From assembly GCA_016748015.1 (NCBI GenBank), contig JAAOMT010000659.1:561222-625221 (forward strand): a stretch of DNA of 64,000 nucleotides, read 5' to 3'. This DNA comes from Geosiphon pyriformis uo1 (lineage: Eukaryota; Fungi; Glomeromycota). Shown here in pieces: positions 37,801 to 49,264 of the stretch (its first letter is position 1; each line of letters opens with the position of its first letter). A model generated the notes under the pieces. That model did not search any database. It had not been told where the DNA came from and saw nothing but the letters and a program-made list of their open reading frames with translations. The position numbers and the translations under genes were made by a program.

Positions 37801-40800
37801 ATCAGGCATGATTTGCATTCATCGCTTAGAGAATATAAGGATTTGTTGCACCAACACTGGGCACAAGGACCATGTCACCAAAAACTGTATTTGGCTTTCT
37901 TGCCAGGTTTTCTTTCAAAGGTTCTTCTAAGAATATCATAATAAGGCTAGCAGATCAGCTTGCCATTTACAATAATTCTTTCTTTGTCTGCTTTAACATT
38001 GTCCAGTGGTTTGCCATTGCTGGTAAAGGTAGTATAGGCAAGTTCAACAGTTTCTTTTTGCTCTTCTTGTTTTTCTTCTTTATTGCTCTCTTCATCATCT
38101 GATTCATCTGATTGTTCTTCTTCTTGGTTTTGTTTAGGTACTGGGGGAGTTGTCCAATGGCAACACTTAACCACAATGGGTTTCTCACCACATCTGATGG
38201 TTAATTCACAAAGTTCATAATCAAGCAAAGCTTTTGCTTTCTTGAGCCATTTATTGTCAACAATGATGGTGTATTCCTTGGCTTCAAAAACTTCTATGTC
38301 AGTTTCAATGCTGATTTTATTGATGCAGACAGGAACAGCTTTGGCAATACCCAGTCCTTTCTTTTTGTCACCATGTATGTTGGTCATTGGTCTGGTAGAA
38401 GATTTATCAATCTTTCTACCAATTGCTTCCAAGAAGTGTTTGGCAATGATACTAACAGATAATCCACTGTCTAGAATTAGGTCAATAAAGTATCCAACCA
38501 CTTGGGCTTTACAAATCAGAGGAGTGACATTGCTGTTATCAACAAGTTCAGCTAGGTGAGGGTGCTTGTTGGTTTTTGGTGTCTTTTTCTTTGGAATCAA
38601 GAATTTGCGAAGATTCTTTCTGAACTGTGGGTGGGTCATTAACTGGCCAAAGGTAATATGTGCTGAAGTTTTCATGAGGTCTTTGACAATGGAATAGGGT
38701 CCAGATTTTTGTACAATTTCTGGGGGTTCCAACTTTGAAGGATTCTTAAAAACTTTCATCTTTGGCAGCTCATTGTTATCAGCAGCAGAAGTTGAGACTT
38801 TGTTGTGGTCTAGAACAAAATCAATCTTGGCTTTCTTCTTCTTTTTGGTTGGTTCTGAAGTGTTGATTGCTAGTTCATCCATGTCATGGTCATCATTAGT
38901 TAAGTTAAAAGCGAAAAAGGGGTTTTCTTCTGTTGGCTTGCACTCTCACCCTTTGGAGGTGCGCCAACTAGTTTAAAGACTGATAAACAGTGGCTTCAAC
39001 TAGGGGATCCTCTCCAAAAAAATTGATGTTGGCATGATTGAGTCTTTGATTGGGGACATTGTTGTTGTTGTTGGGTCTGTTGTTTTGGTTATCATTGTTT
39101 CTGGGAGCTGGAGGAGGCAGTGGAAGATTGTTACAATCTCTTGAATAATGTTCGGTTAATTCACAATGATAGCACACAGATGGGCCACGATTTTGCTGTC
39201 TTTGATAGGGAGGTTGCTGGGGCTGGTTAAAATGAGGTTCATATTTAGGTCTTGGTAGTTGCTGGTTATCTCTGACTGCTTGTGCCAATGGTTCTAATAA
39301 CCAGGCAAGGTTAGCTGTGAGTCTATCTATCAATTGTTCATTTGGGTCTTGGTTTTGGGCAGCAAAAGAAGTAGCAGCTACTTGAGGAGCAGAGGCCATG
39401 ACAGGAGCAGGAGTGAAAACTGGAAGTGTGGATCCCAGATGCATCCTTTGGTTATCTTCAATCTTTTGGGCGAGTTCAATAGCCATATCCATTATAGGGT
39501 TGTCTTTCAGAGCCAAGAGAGGCCAAAGAGCATAAGATAAGTCAGTTCTCAATCCTTTTATAAAGAAGTGAATCTTTTGTTCTTCTGTCCAGTTCCTTCC
39601 AGAGTCTATTCACTTGATTAACTTTCTGATTGCTTTGGCATATTTAGTTACAACTTTACCAGGACCTTGGGTTCTTCTTTTCAGTTCCATGCGCCATTTA
39701 GATATTAAGATTGGGGTTCTGAACTTGTTTTCAAACCGGGTAGTGAAAGAGGTATTGTTTTTTCCTGTATCTGCTGGAGTCCATCTGATAATTCTGTGCT
39801 GGACATTAGCATTGGTTTCTTGTGAAAACCATGTGGCAGGAGAGCCTTGAAGGTAGCCACCAATGATTTGGAACTTGTACTCATCATCATATTGGTTGGC
39901 AGTGGCTGCTCTTTCAAAATTGTCCAACTATTCAATTGGATTTTGTGCATCACCTCTGAATAATGGTAATGGGGTGTTGTTTCTTTGTCCCAAAGCAGTT
40001 TGTATGCCTTGGAGAGCGGCTAGGATGTTTGCTTGCATTGGGTCTTGGGCCATTGGTTCAGGAGTTACTGTTTGAGTGGAATGATCTGAATCACTTGGGA
40101 AGAAATCAAAAATAAGAGCAGTTTAGTAACTTTCTTTTTCTGTTTCAAAAAAGGTTTCAGCTGATTGATGGGCAGCAATCCAGATGTGAATTTGGTAATT
40201 TAGATATTTGAATTCAGGAAGTTGTTGTTCAAAGGTTGCTGAATATAAGAGCTGATTGATATTGTTGTTTCTTTCTTCAAAGTTGTTTTCAAAGTAAGCT
40301 TGGTCAAAGTAATAAGTTGTATATGCTGTATAAGTTTCAGCTGAATGCTCGTTCAGGAACCAGTTCCAAAAGTCTTGGAATTGTCTACTGAATTGTTCTT
40401 CAAGGGGGAAGCAAATCAAGCAGGATGGCAAAGGATTGAGTTCAATAAAGTCTAGATCGTTTCTGTTGTGTGCTTCAAAGTGTTCTGCTGATTGTTGTGG
40501 TAGGTATGAATAATCACCCATATAATAAGAAAACAAGTGAATTTTGACAACCTCACAGGAAGCACCATTTTTATGTTACAGGTTAAAGTAACAAGCTAAT
40601 GGATAGCAAGGGAGAACAAAATTGTAGAGTAATGAAAATAATCAAAGGGAAATTCAACTTTAAGAGCAAATTGAATGAGTATGGATTCAATGTGCAAGAT
40701 CAGTCTCATAAAATATCTCAGTCGCTATTCTTTTCAAAAGTAACTGGGGAATCTGAAGGTAGAGGAATAGTCTGTACTGTCAACAATTGATCACCACTAG

Positions 40801-42413
40801 TATTAATTCTATGCCTTCACGTTAGTGCTCTTAAAATTCAATATCAGGTATCAACTTGTGCTTTTCAGTCATGTTTATACAAATAGTCTTCAAATACTAC
40901 AATTATTCAAACAGGAAATGGCCAACAAGTAATCTTTTATCCTAAGATGTTTGGATACTTGAAGGTAGAGAAAGGGAAATTAGTAATAAGAGAGTGATTG
41001 AGATGAAAGTTGTTATTTTTATTTATTTGATTCTTGTCTGAGAGATGATTTTCTACAGCTAAGAGACTCATTGCTTATATAGCTATTGAAAGTGGTCAAT
41101 AACCAGGTCAATGACTAGGTCAATGATCAAGTCAATGATCAGGTCAACAATCAGGTCATTGATCAGGTCAATGATCAGGTCAATGATTAGGTCAACGGTT
41201 AGGTCATTGATCAGGTCAATGATCACTATCTAAAAATAGAGTGGCTAATTATATGACATCAGTGACTAATACATGTGATAACTAATAAAAATTATGGGTT
41301 TCAACCATAATATCATCCTCTGTTTTGGGAATAGTGTATTTATTTATACTTGGTTTTTGCTGATCATTTGGGTTGGTATTACCACAACTGGTAACCAATC
41401 AGGTCGTTTGTGATATTTCTTGAGTCGTGCGCCATGAACAGGTCAATCATTAAAGATTGTTCCAAATTGATCTTAAAGAATATAAGAACCATTGTTCAAA
41501 ACTTTGTTGACTATAAAAGGTCCTTTCCACCGGCTAGAAAATTTATCACCATAAACATTGTCTCTGTCTGAATGGTATTTTAATACCAAGTCACCAACAC
41601 TTAAAGAAAGTGTTTTATAGGTTTTCTTCTTTTTAAGCTTTTTTTGAAACTGTTTTATCTTTTCTAAAGCAACTATTTGTGCTTCTACCAATGAATCAAG
41701 AATAGTACCAAGTTTTCTTTACAAAATGTTTTTGTAATTTGCTATTGTGATCTCTTCGAAGGATATTGTCTCAATGTTAGTTTCTATTGGTAGTGTTGTC
41801 ATGTGTCCATAGAGCAAATAAAAAGGTTCATAACTTGTTATGTCATGATTCACAGTTCTATAAGCAAACAAAACTGAAGGCAGTATTTTGTCTCATAAGT
41901 TTGTTTCTTTACTTGTTTTGGCTAAGGTTTCACACAGTGTTCTATTGAAATGTTTCACTAGGCCATTTGTTTGGGGGTGATAAAGGGAGGAAAGTTTGTG
42001 ACATATTCCCATTTTTCTACAAAGTTTTTCAACCAGTGTACTGAGAAAAGCTTTTCTTCTATCAGATAAAAGTTCTTTGGGGCAGCCATGATGGCAGATA
42101 ATATCTTCATAAATGAAATTGGCTATTAAAACTGCTGTTTGGTCTGAAGTGGCTCTTGCTTCTACCCACTTTGTAAAATAGTCAGTAGCTGTGATAATGT
42201 ATCTGTTGCCATCAGGGGTTATTATTAAGGGTTCAATAACATCTATACCAATCCTGTCAAATGGTTGGCCAACAGAGATTGGATGAATATTGTTACGGTT
42301 GAAACACATAGTTTTTATTAATTATCACATGTATTAGCCACTGATGTCATATAATTAGCCACCCTATTTTTAGATAGTGATCATTGACCTGGTCATTGAC
42401 CACTTTAGATAGC

Positions 42414-42420
42414 TATATAA
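42414..42420 (+). promoter_or_regulatory. Putative TATA box of the LTR promoter, just downstream of the 12-bp repeat array
   Basis: gcTATATAAgc at the same position in most gypsy-1 LTRs. Confidence 0.55.
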
Positions 42421-42926
42421 GCGATGATTTCCTTAGCTGTAGAAAGACATAATCAAAGTAACAAAATAAACAATATTAATTACTTCCTCTCATAATCACT
42501 TATTCCCCTTTCCTTATCTTCAAGTATCTACTTGTTGGCATTCACATACCTTATCTTTTTCCCTTCTTGATTTGTATTTGTTAGAATTAGCCTGAGAAGC
42601 AATTGGCTTGCTCTTGTAATTCATTGAATAAAGAAACGATTAAAAAGTACAACGATACCTGTTATTGATTCTAAGAATCACTAAGTTGAAGCATAGAATA
42701 ATAGCAGTGGTGTTATCTTGTTGACAATCATGGACTATTCTTCTACCTTCAGATTTAAGAAAAGATTAGCGACTGTGATTTTTATGAGACTGATCACACA
42801 CATTGAATTCTTACTTATTCAATTTGCTCTCTTATTGTAGTTCTCTCTTTGTTTATTTCCATCACCATACAATACTGTTCTCCCTTGTTATCCATTAGCT
42901 TGTTACTCCAATCCATAACATAAAAG

Positions 42927-42943
42927 TGGTGCTCCCTGTGAGG
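42927..42943 (+). other. Primer binding site TGGTGCTCCCTGTGAGG
   Basis: Starts TGG (complement of tRNA CCA), 6 nt after the LTR; conserved in V, W, X, Y. tRNA identity not determined. Confidence 0.85.
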
Positions 42944-42972
42944 TTGTCAAAATTCACTTATTTCCTCATTGT

Positions 42973-44523
42973 ATGGGTGATTACTCATATCTGCCACAGC
43001 AATCAGAAGAACACTTTGCAGCACACAACAGAAATGACCAAAGTTTTATTGAACTTCATCCTCTGCCCTCCTGCTTGATCTGCTTCCCCCTTGAAAAACA
43101 ATCCAGTAGACAATTCCAAGACTTTTGGAACTGGTTCCTAAATGAGCATTCAGCTGAAATCTACACAGCTTATATAACCTATTACTTTGACCAAGCTTAT
43201 TTTGAAAACGACTTTGAAGAAAGAAACAACAGTATCAATCAGCTCTTATATTCTGCAATCTTTGAACAACAGCCCCCTGATTTCGAATATCTGAATCATC
43301 AAATCCACATTTGGATTGCTGCCCATCAAGCAACTGAAACTCCCTTTGAAACAGAAGAAGAAAGCTACCAAACTGCCCCTGTTTTTGATCTTTTATCAAG
43401 CGAATCAGACTCGTCTACACAAACAGTTACCCCTGAACCAATGGCTAATGACCCCATGCAAGCAAACATTCTGGCCACCCTCCAAGATATACAAACTGCT
43501 CTAGGGTGAAGAAACAACACCCCAATACTATTATTTAGAGGTGATGCACAAGATCCAATTGAATGGTTGGATGACTTTGAAAGAGCCGCTACAGCCAATC
43601 AATATGATGATGAGTACAAGTTCCAAATTGTTGGTGGCTACTTTCAAGGATCTCCTGCTACCTGGTTCTCACAAGAAACAGATGCCAATGCCCAGCAAAA
43701 AATTGTTAGATGAACACCAGCAATTGTGGGAGAAATCAACACTTCTTTCACTATCCGGTTTGAAAACAAGTTCAGAATCCCAATATTAATATCAAAATGG
43801 CGTATGGAATTGGAAAAAAAAACCCAAAGTCCCAGTGAAGTTGTAACCGAATATGCCAAAGCAATCAGAAAGTTAATCAAACGAGTAGACACTGGAAGAA
43901 ATTGGACAGAAGAGCAGAAAATTCACTCCTTCACAAAAAGATTGAGAACTGATCTATCGTATGCTCTTTGGCTCCTCCTGGCCCTGAAAGATAATTCCAC
44001 CATGGATATGGCCGTTGAATTAGCACAAAGAATTGAAGACAACCAAAGGATGCACTTGGAATCCACACTATCAGTTTTTGCTCCTGTTCCTGTCATGGCT
44101 TCTGCCCCTCAAATGGCTGCTACTTCTTTTGCCACTTACACTCAAGATCCAAATGAACAGTTAATAGACAGACTCACAGCAAATCTTGCTCGGTTATTAG
44201 AATCCTTAGCCCAAGCAGTCAGAGAAAATCAGCAACCACAAAGACCCAGATTTGAACCACACTTCAATCAGCCCCAGCAACCACCTTATCAAAGACAACA
44301 AAATTGTGGCCCACCTGTATGCTATTGCTGTGAATTAACTGAACACTTTTCAAGAGATTGCAACAATCCTCCACTGCCTCCACCAGTTCCCAGAAACAAT
44401 GATGCTCAGAACAACAGGATCAACAACAACAATGTGCCCAACCAAAGACCTAATCATGCCAACATCAATTTTTTTGGAGAGGATCCCCTAGTTGAAGCCA
44501 CTGTTTATCAGCCTTTAAACTGA
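42973..44523 (+). pseudogene. gag: Gag with capsid-like domain and CCHC knuckle (copy Z)
   Basis: DPIEWLDDFERAA, PATWF..FENKF, VTEYAKA, CY(R/C)C(G/E)LT(G/E)HFSRDC; ends ...YQPLN(W)*. Confidence 0.9.
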
Positions 44524-44557
44524 TAGGTGCACCTCCAAAGGGTGAGAGTGCAAGCCA
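44514..44557 (+). promoter_or_regulatory. -1 programmed ribosomal frameshift signal (U UUA AAC + downstream stem-loop)
   Basis: CCT TTA AAC in the gag frame; the -1 frame opens into pol. Confidence 0.8.
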
Positions 44558-47187
44558 ACCAGAAGAAAACCTCTTTTACACTTTTAACTTAACTGATGAT
44601 GACCATAACATGGATGAATTAGCAATCAACACTTCTGAATCAACCAGAAAAAAGAAGAAAGCCAAAGTTGATTTCGTTCTAGACCCCAATAAAGCTTCTA
44701 CATCAACTGCTGACAACAATGAGCCACCAAAAGCCAAAGTTTTTAAGAACCCTCCAAAGTTGGAACCCCCAGAAATTGTACAAAAATCTGGACCCTATTC
44801 TGTTGTCAAAGATCTTATGGAAACCCCAGCACACATTACCTTTGGCCAGCTAATAACCCATCCACAGTTCAGAAAAAATCTTCACAAATCTCTAATCTCC
44901 AAGAAGAAAACACCAAAGACCAATAAATGCTCTCACCAAGCTAGATTTGCTGACAACAGCAATGTCACTCCTCTAATTTGCAAAGCACAAGTGGCTGGTT
45001 ACTTTATTGACTTGATCCTAGACAGTGGATCATCTGTTAGTGTTATTGCCAAACACTTTTTTGAAGCAATTGGCAGAAAAATTGATGAACCATCCACACG
45101 ACCAATGACCAATGTGCATGGTAATAAGAAAAAAGGGCTTGGCATAGCCAAAGCTATTCCTGTCCACATCAATGGCATCAGCATTGAAACTGATATGGAA
45201 GTGTCTGAAGCAAAAGAATACACCATCATTGTTGGCAATGAATGGCTCAAGAAAGCAAAGGCTTTGCTTGATTATGAACTCTGTGAATTAACCATCAGAT
45301 GTGGTGAGAAACCCATTGTGGTTAAGTGTCACCATTGGACAACTCCCCCAGTACCCAAGTAGAGTCCAGAAGAAAATGAATCAGATGATGAAGAAAGTGA
45401 GGAAGAAGAAGAACAAAAAGAACAAGAAAAAACTGCTGAACTTGCCTATACCATCTTCACTAGCAATGGCAAACTACTGGATAATGTCAAGGCAGATAAA
45501 GAAGGAATTATTGTCAATGGCAAGCTGATCTGCTGGCCTTATTATGACATGCTCAGAAGAACCTTTGACAGAAAGCCAGGCAAGAAAGCCAAATACAGTT
45601 ATTGGTGGCATGGTCCTTGTGCCTGGTACTGGTGCGACAAACCATTGTACTCTCCTAGCAATGAATGCATGTCCTGCCTGATCTATTACAAAGATTGGGA
45701 ACCAATCAGCTTGATACCCTGTGAGAAAATAAAAGAAGTCCAAAAGTTCTTTGAAAACGAACCACCTGAAATCCAATCACTGGTTGTAGAACAAAGAGAA
45801 CCCTTTCCAGAAGAAAGAAAAGTAGACATTGAAAACCTGCTGGCTAGTTATCTCAAAAAAAGGTGAACCTCCTGGACATACACATGTGATACAACACACC
45901 ATCATCACCAAAGAAATTCGCCCCATCCATTTGAAGCCCTATCAATCCAACAGGCACAATGATGAGTTTATAAAAAAGGAAATAACCAGAATGAAAACCC
46001 TTGGATTCATACAGGAAACCAAGAGTGAATGGGCATTCCCAGTTGTAGTGGTATTCAAGAAAGGAGGAACCCTATGCTTTTGTGTTGACTATCGCCAATT
46101 AAATGCCATTACTAAAAGAGACATGTACCTACTTCCCAAGATTGATGCAATGCTAGACCAATTCCATGGTGCCGCTTTTTTCTCAACCATTGACTTAACT
46201 GCTGGATTCTGGCAAGTAGAGATGGATCCAGAAAGCAGAAAGAAAACTGCCTTCATCACCAAGTATGGTACCTACAAATTCACAGTCATGCCTTTTGGTC
46301 TCACAAATACTCCTCCCACATTTCAACGCTTAATGGACAAAGTATTTGAATCAGTAAAAGAAAACTTTGTTCAAGTCTACTTGGATGACATAATGGTATA
46401 CTCAAAAACCTGGGATGAACACCTTGAACATTTGTAAAAGGTTTTTGACCTCCTTAGAAATGCTGGTCTCAAGATCAATCCAATCAAATCATTCTTTGGA
46501 TGTCAATCCACCCAGTTCCTTGGCCATCTTATTACAAAAGATGGAATCTTCCCTGATCCAGCCAAAATTGAAAAAGTTCAAAACATTAGACAACCAATGA
46601 ATGTTCATGAACTACGCTCTTTTCTTGGTTTGGCCTCTTATTATCGCAAGTTTGTCAAGGATTTTTCCAAAATTGCTGCTCCTCTCAATCAGCTACTTAG
46701 GAAAAACATCAATTATCACTGGGGCACTCATTAACAAAAAGCATTTGAAATTCTGAAGGAAAAACTGGTTACAGAACCCATTTTCATGTAACCTAATTTG
46801 GATCAACCTTTTATCCTCCACACTGATGCATTTGGCTATGGACTTGGTGCTGTTTTTTTCCAAAAAGATGAAGATAACAGAGAACATGCCATAGCATATG
46901 CCAGTAGAACTCTTACATCAGCAGAAAAGAACTACTCAATTACTGAGCAAGAATGCTTAGCAGTAGTTTGGGCTACCAGCTACTGGGACAAATATCTTAA
47001 GGGTGTGAAATTTTTGGTGGTAACAGATCACCAAGCTTTGGTTTGGCTATGCAACAAAAAAAACCTGGAACATAAACGGATAACTTGCTGAATACTCCAC
47101 TTGGACGAATTCGACTATGACATTCAACACCACAAAGGAGCTAATCATCAAAACACCAACACTCTCTCCAGACTTACCATCTAGTGA
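44520..47187 (+). pseudogene. pol: Pol part 1: aspartic protease, acidic tract and Cys-rich insert, RT, RNase H (copy Z)
   Basis: LILDSGSSVSVI; WAFPVVVV, IDLTAGFWQ, MPFGL, VYLDD; TDA..YGLGAV, EQECLAVVWA, TDHQAL, ...SRLTI then stop. Confidence 0.92.
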
Positions 47188-47252
47188 TAGTAAAACTCTC
47201 TCAAACCAAACCAACTTAATTATTTGTAACTCCCCCACAAACAAACACGATA

Positions 47253-48566
47253 ATGAACTTGGACAACTACTCTGCTTTAATGAAATTTTTGGGTAAAGGA
47301 CAATACCTGCTGGACTATACTTGACAGCAAAGAGAACATTTGTGCAAACAATCAAATTTTTATTTGATTCACCAGAACCAGTTATATAAAAGAAATAGAA
47401 AAGATCCTGACCGCCCCCAGAGAGTCATTAGATTTGAAGAAAGAAAAATTGTGATCTACAATATGCACACTGATCCATTAGCTGGACACTTTGAAAAAAC
47501 AAAAACAATTCAGAAAACTTTAGCTCGCTATTATTGGCCTACCTTGGGAAAAGACATTGCTGAATACATCAAAACCTGTGATACCTGCCAAAAAAGAGGA
47601 AAACCCAATCACAAGAAAGATATCCATCCAATTTCTGTTGGTCAACCATTTGATAGAATTGGTATAGATGTTGTTGGATCTTTAATAGTAACTCCTGATG
47701 GCAACAGATACATTATCACAGCTACCAACTATCTTACAAAGTGGGTAGAAGCAAGAGCCACCCCAGATCAAACAGCAGTCTCAATTGTCAATTTCATTTA
47801 TGAAGATATTATCTGTCACCATGGCTGCCCCAAAGAACTTTTATCTGATAGAGGAAGAGCTTTTCTCAGTACACTGGTTGAAGAACTTTGCAGAAAAATG
47901 GGAATACGTCATAAACTCTCTTCCCCTTATCACCCCCAAACAAATGGCTTAGTGGAACGTTTCAATAGAACACTATGTGAAACTCTAGCCAAAACCAGTA
48001 AAGAAACCAACTTATGGGACAAAGTATTGTCTTCAGCCTTGTTTGCTTACAGAACTGTGAATCATGACATAACAAATTATGAACCCTTTTATCTGCTCTA
48101 TGGACGAATAGCAACTCTACCAATAGAAACGGATATAGAAACAATATCTTTTAAAGAAATAACAATAGGAGATTACAAAGACATTTTGCAAAGAAGACTT
48201 GGTACCATTCTTGACTCATTAGTAGAAGCATGGATAATTGCCTTTGAAAAGATAAAACAGTTCTAAGAGAAGCTCAAAAAGAAAAAGACCTATAAAACAC
48301 TTTCCTTAAGTGTTGGTGACTTAATTTTGGAATACCATTCAGACAGAGACAATGTCTATGGTGATAAATTCTCTAGCCGGTGAAAAGAACCCTTTATAGT
48401 CAACAAAGTTTTGAACAATGGTTCTTATATCTTACAAAATCAATATGGAACAATATTCAGTGATCACCCTGTTCATGGCATGCGACTCAAGAAATATTAC
48501 AAACAACCTGATTGGTTACCTGTTGTGGTAATACTGACCCAAATGATTAGCAAAAATTAGATATAA
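47253..48566 (+). pseudogene. Integrase, separate ORF (~437 codons) (copy Z)
   Basis: HTDPLAGH..CDTC, GIDVVG, SDRG, QTNGLVERFNRTL, GPF-type C-terminus; own ATG; no chromodomain seen. Confidence 0.9.
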
Positions 48567-48607
48567 ATAAATGCACTATTTCCAAAACAGAGGTATCTTC
48601 AATTGAC

Positions 48608-49264
48608 ATAAACAATTATTTCCTGGATCAAAACATTCAAAACGCTTTCTATACTCTTCATGAGTACTGGATCAAGAACTATCCAAATGCTACTCTGACT
48701 ATCGGAAAACAAACCACTATAACAGACAACAGTGGAACTCACACTGTTATTAGACCAAAGAAAACAACTACCAGAAGAGAAAAAATTGGTGGCAAAATGG
48801 ATAAATACCTGCTGGAAAGCATAACAGCAGCAATACTTTCACCTTCCAGCACAATTGGAAAAACAATACAAAAAATCTTGCCCATAGACAAAAACTTGTC
48901 ATATAAAAGACAATTAGAACTTTATGGTCATCTTGGTGAAATCATAGAAGACATGAAGCTCATGAAGAAAACAACTTCAGAGATACAAGTAGAAATTTTG
49001 GACATTATATGATTGGATGTCCCAAGAGTTTTGACCATTGCTAAAAGAGCCAGAACTCTAATACAAAGATTTGGTCTCTTGGATACAAAGCTTATTTCAC
49101 CTCAAGTACTATATACTCTATCCACAAAAGACTTCAACAAACTAGTTAGTTTTGAGTTAGACAAAACTCTTCACATAGACTATTCTATAAATAGCTTGAT
49201 TTCGCTGGAGCTCAATCTCTTTGGAGAGAATGATGTTATGGTTGAAACCCAAAGTTTTTATTAG
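48608..49264 (+). pseudogene. Gypsy-1 ORF3 (copy Z; start decayed to ATA, one internal stop)
   Basis: 657 nt; spans the PPT and the first 31 nt of the 3' LTR. Confidence 0.8.
49223..49233 (+). other. Polypurine tract (consensus GGAGAGGATGA)
   Basis: Immediately 5' of the 3' LTR in V, X, Y, Z. Confidence 0.75.

Larger units (their letters stand above)
31043..41312 (-). mobile_element. Gypsy-1 copy Y (3' LTR 31043-34238 interrupted by an ORF1-only element; 5' LTR 40574-41312)
   Basis: Complete domain order; PBS at 40551-40567; both LTRs have 11 repeat units and share attattcaaac. Confidence 0.9.

Noticed and set aside
47185-47230. Short intron fusing RNase H to integrase
   Set aside because: The GT at the pol stop joined to the spacer AG gives the wrong frame, and that AG is absent in copy Z.
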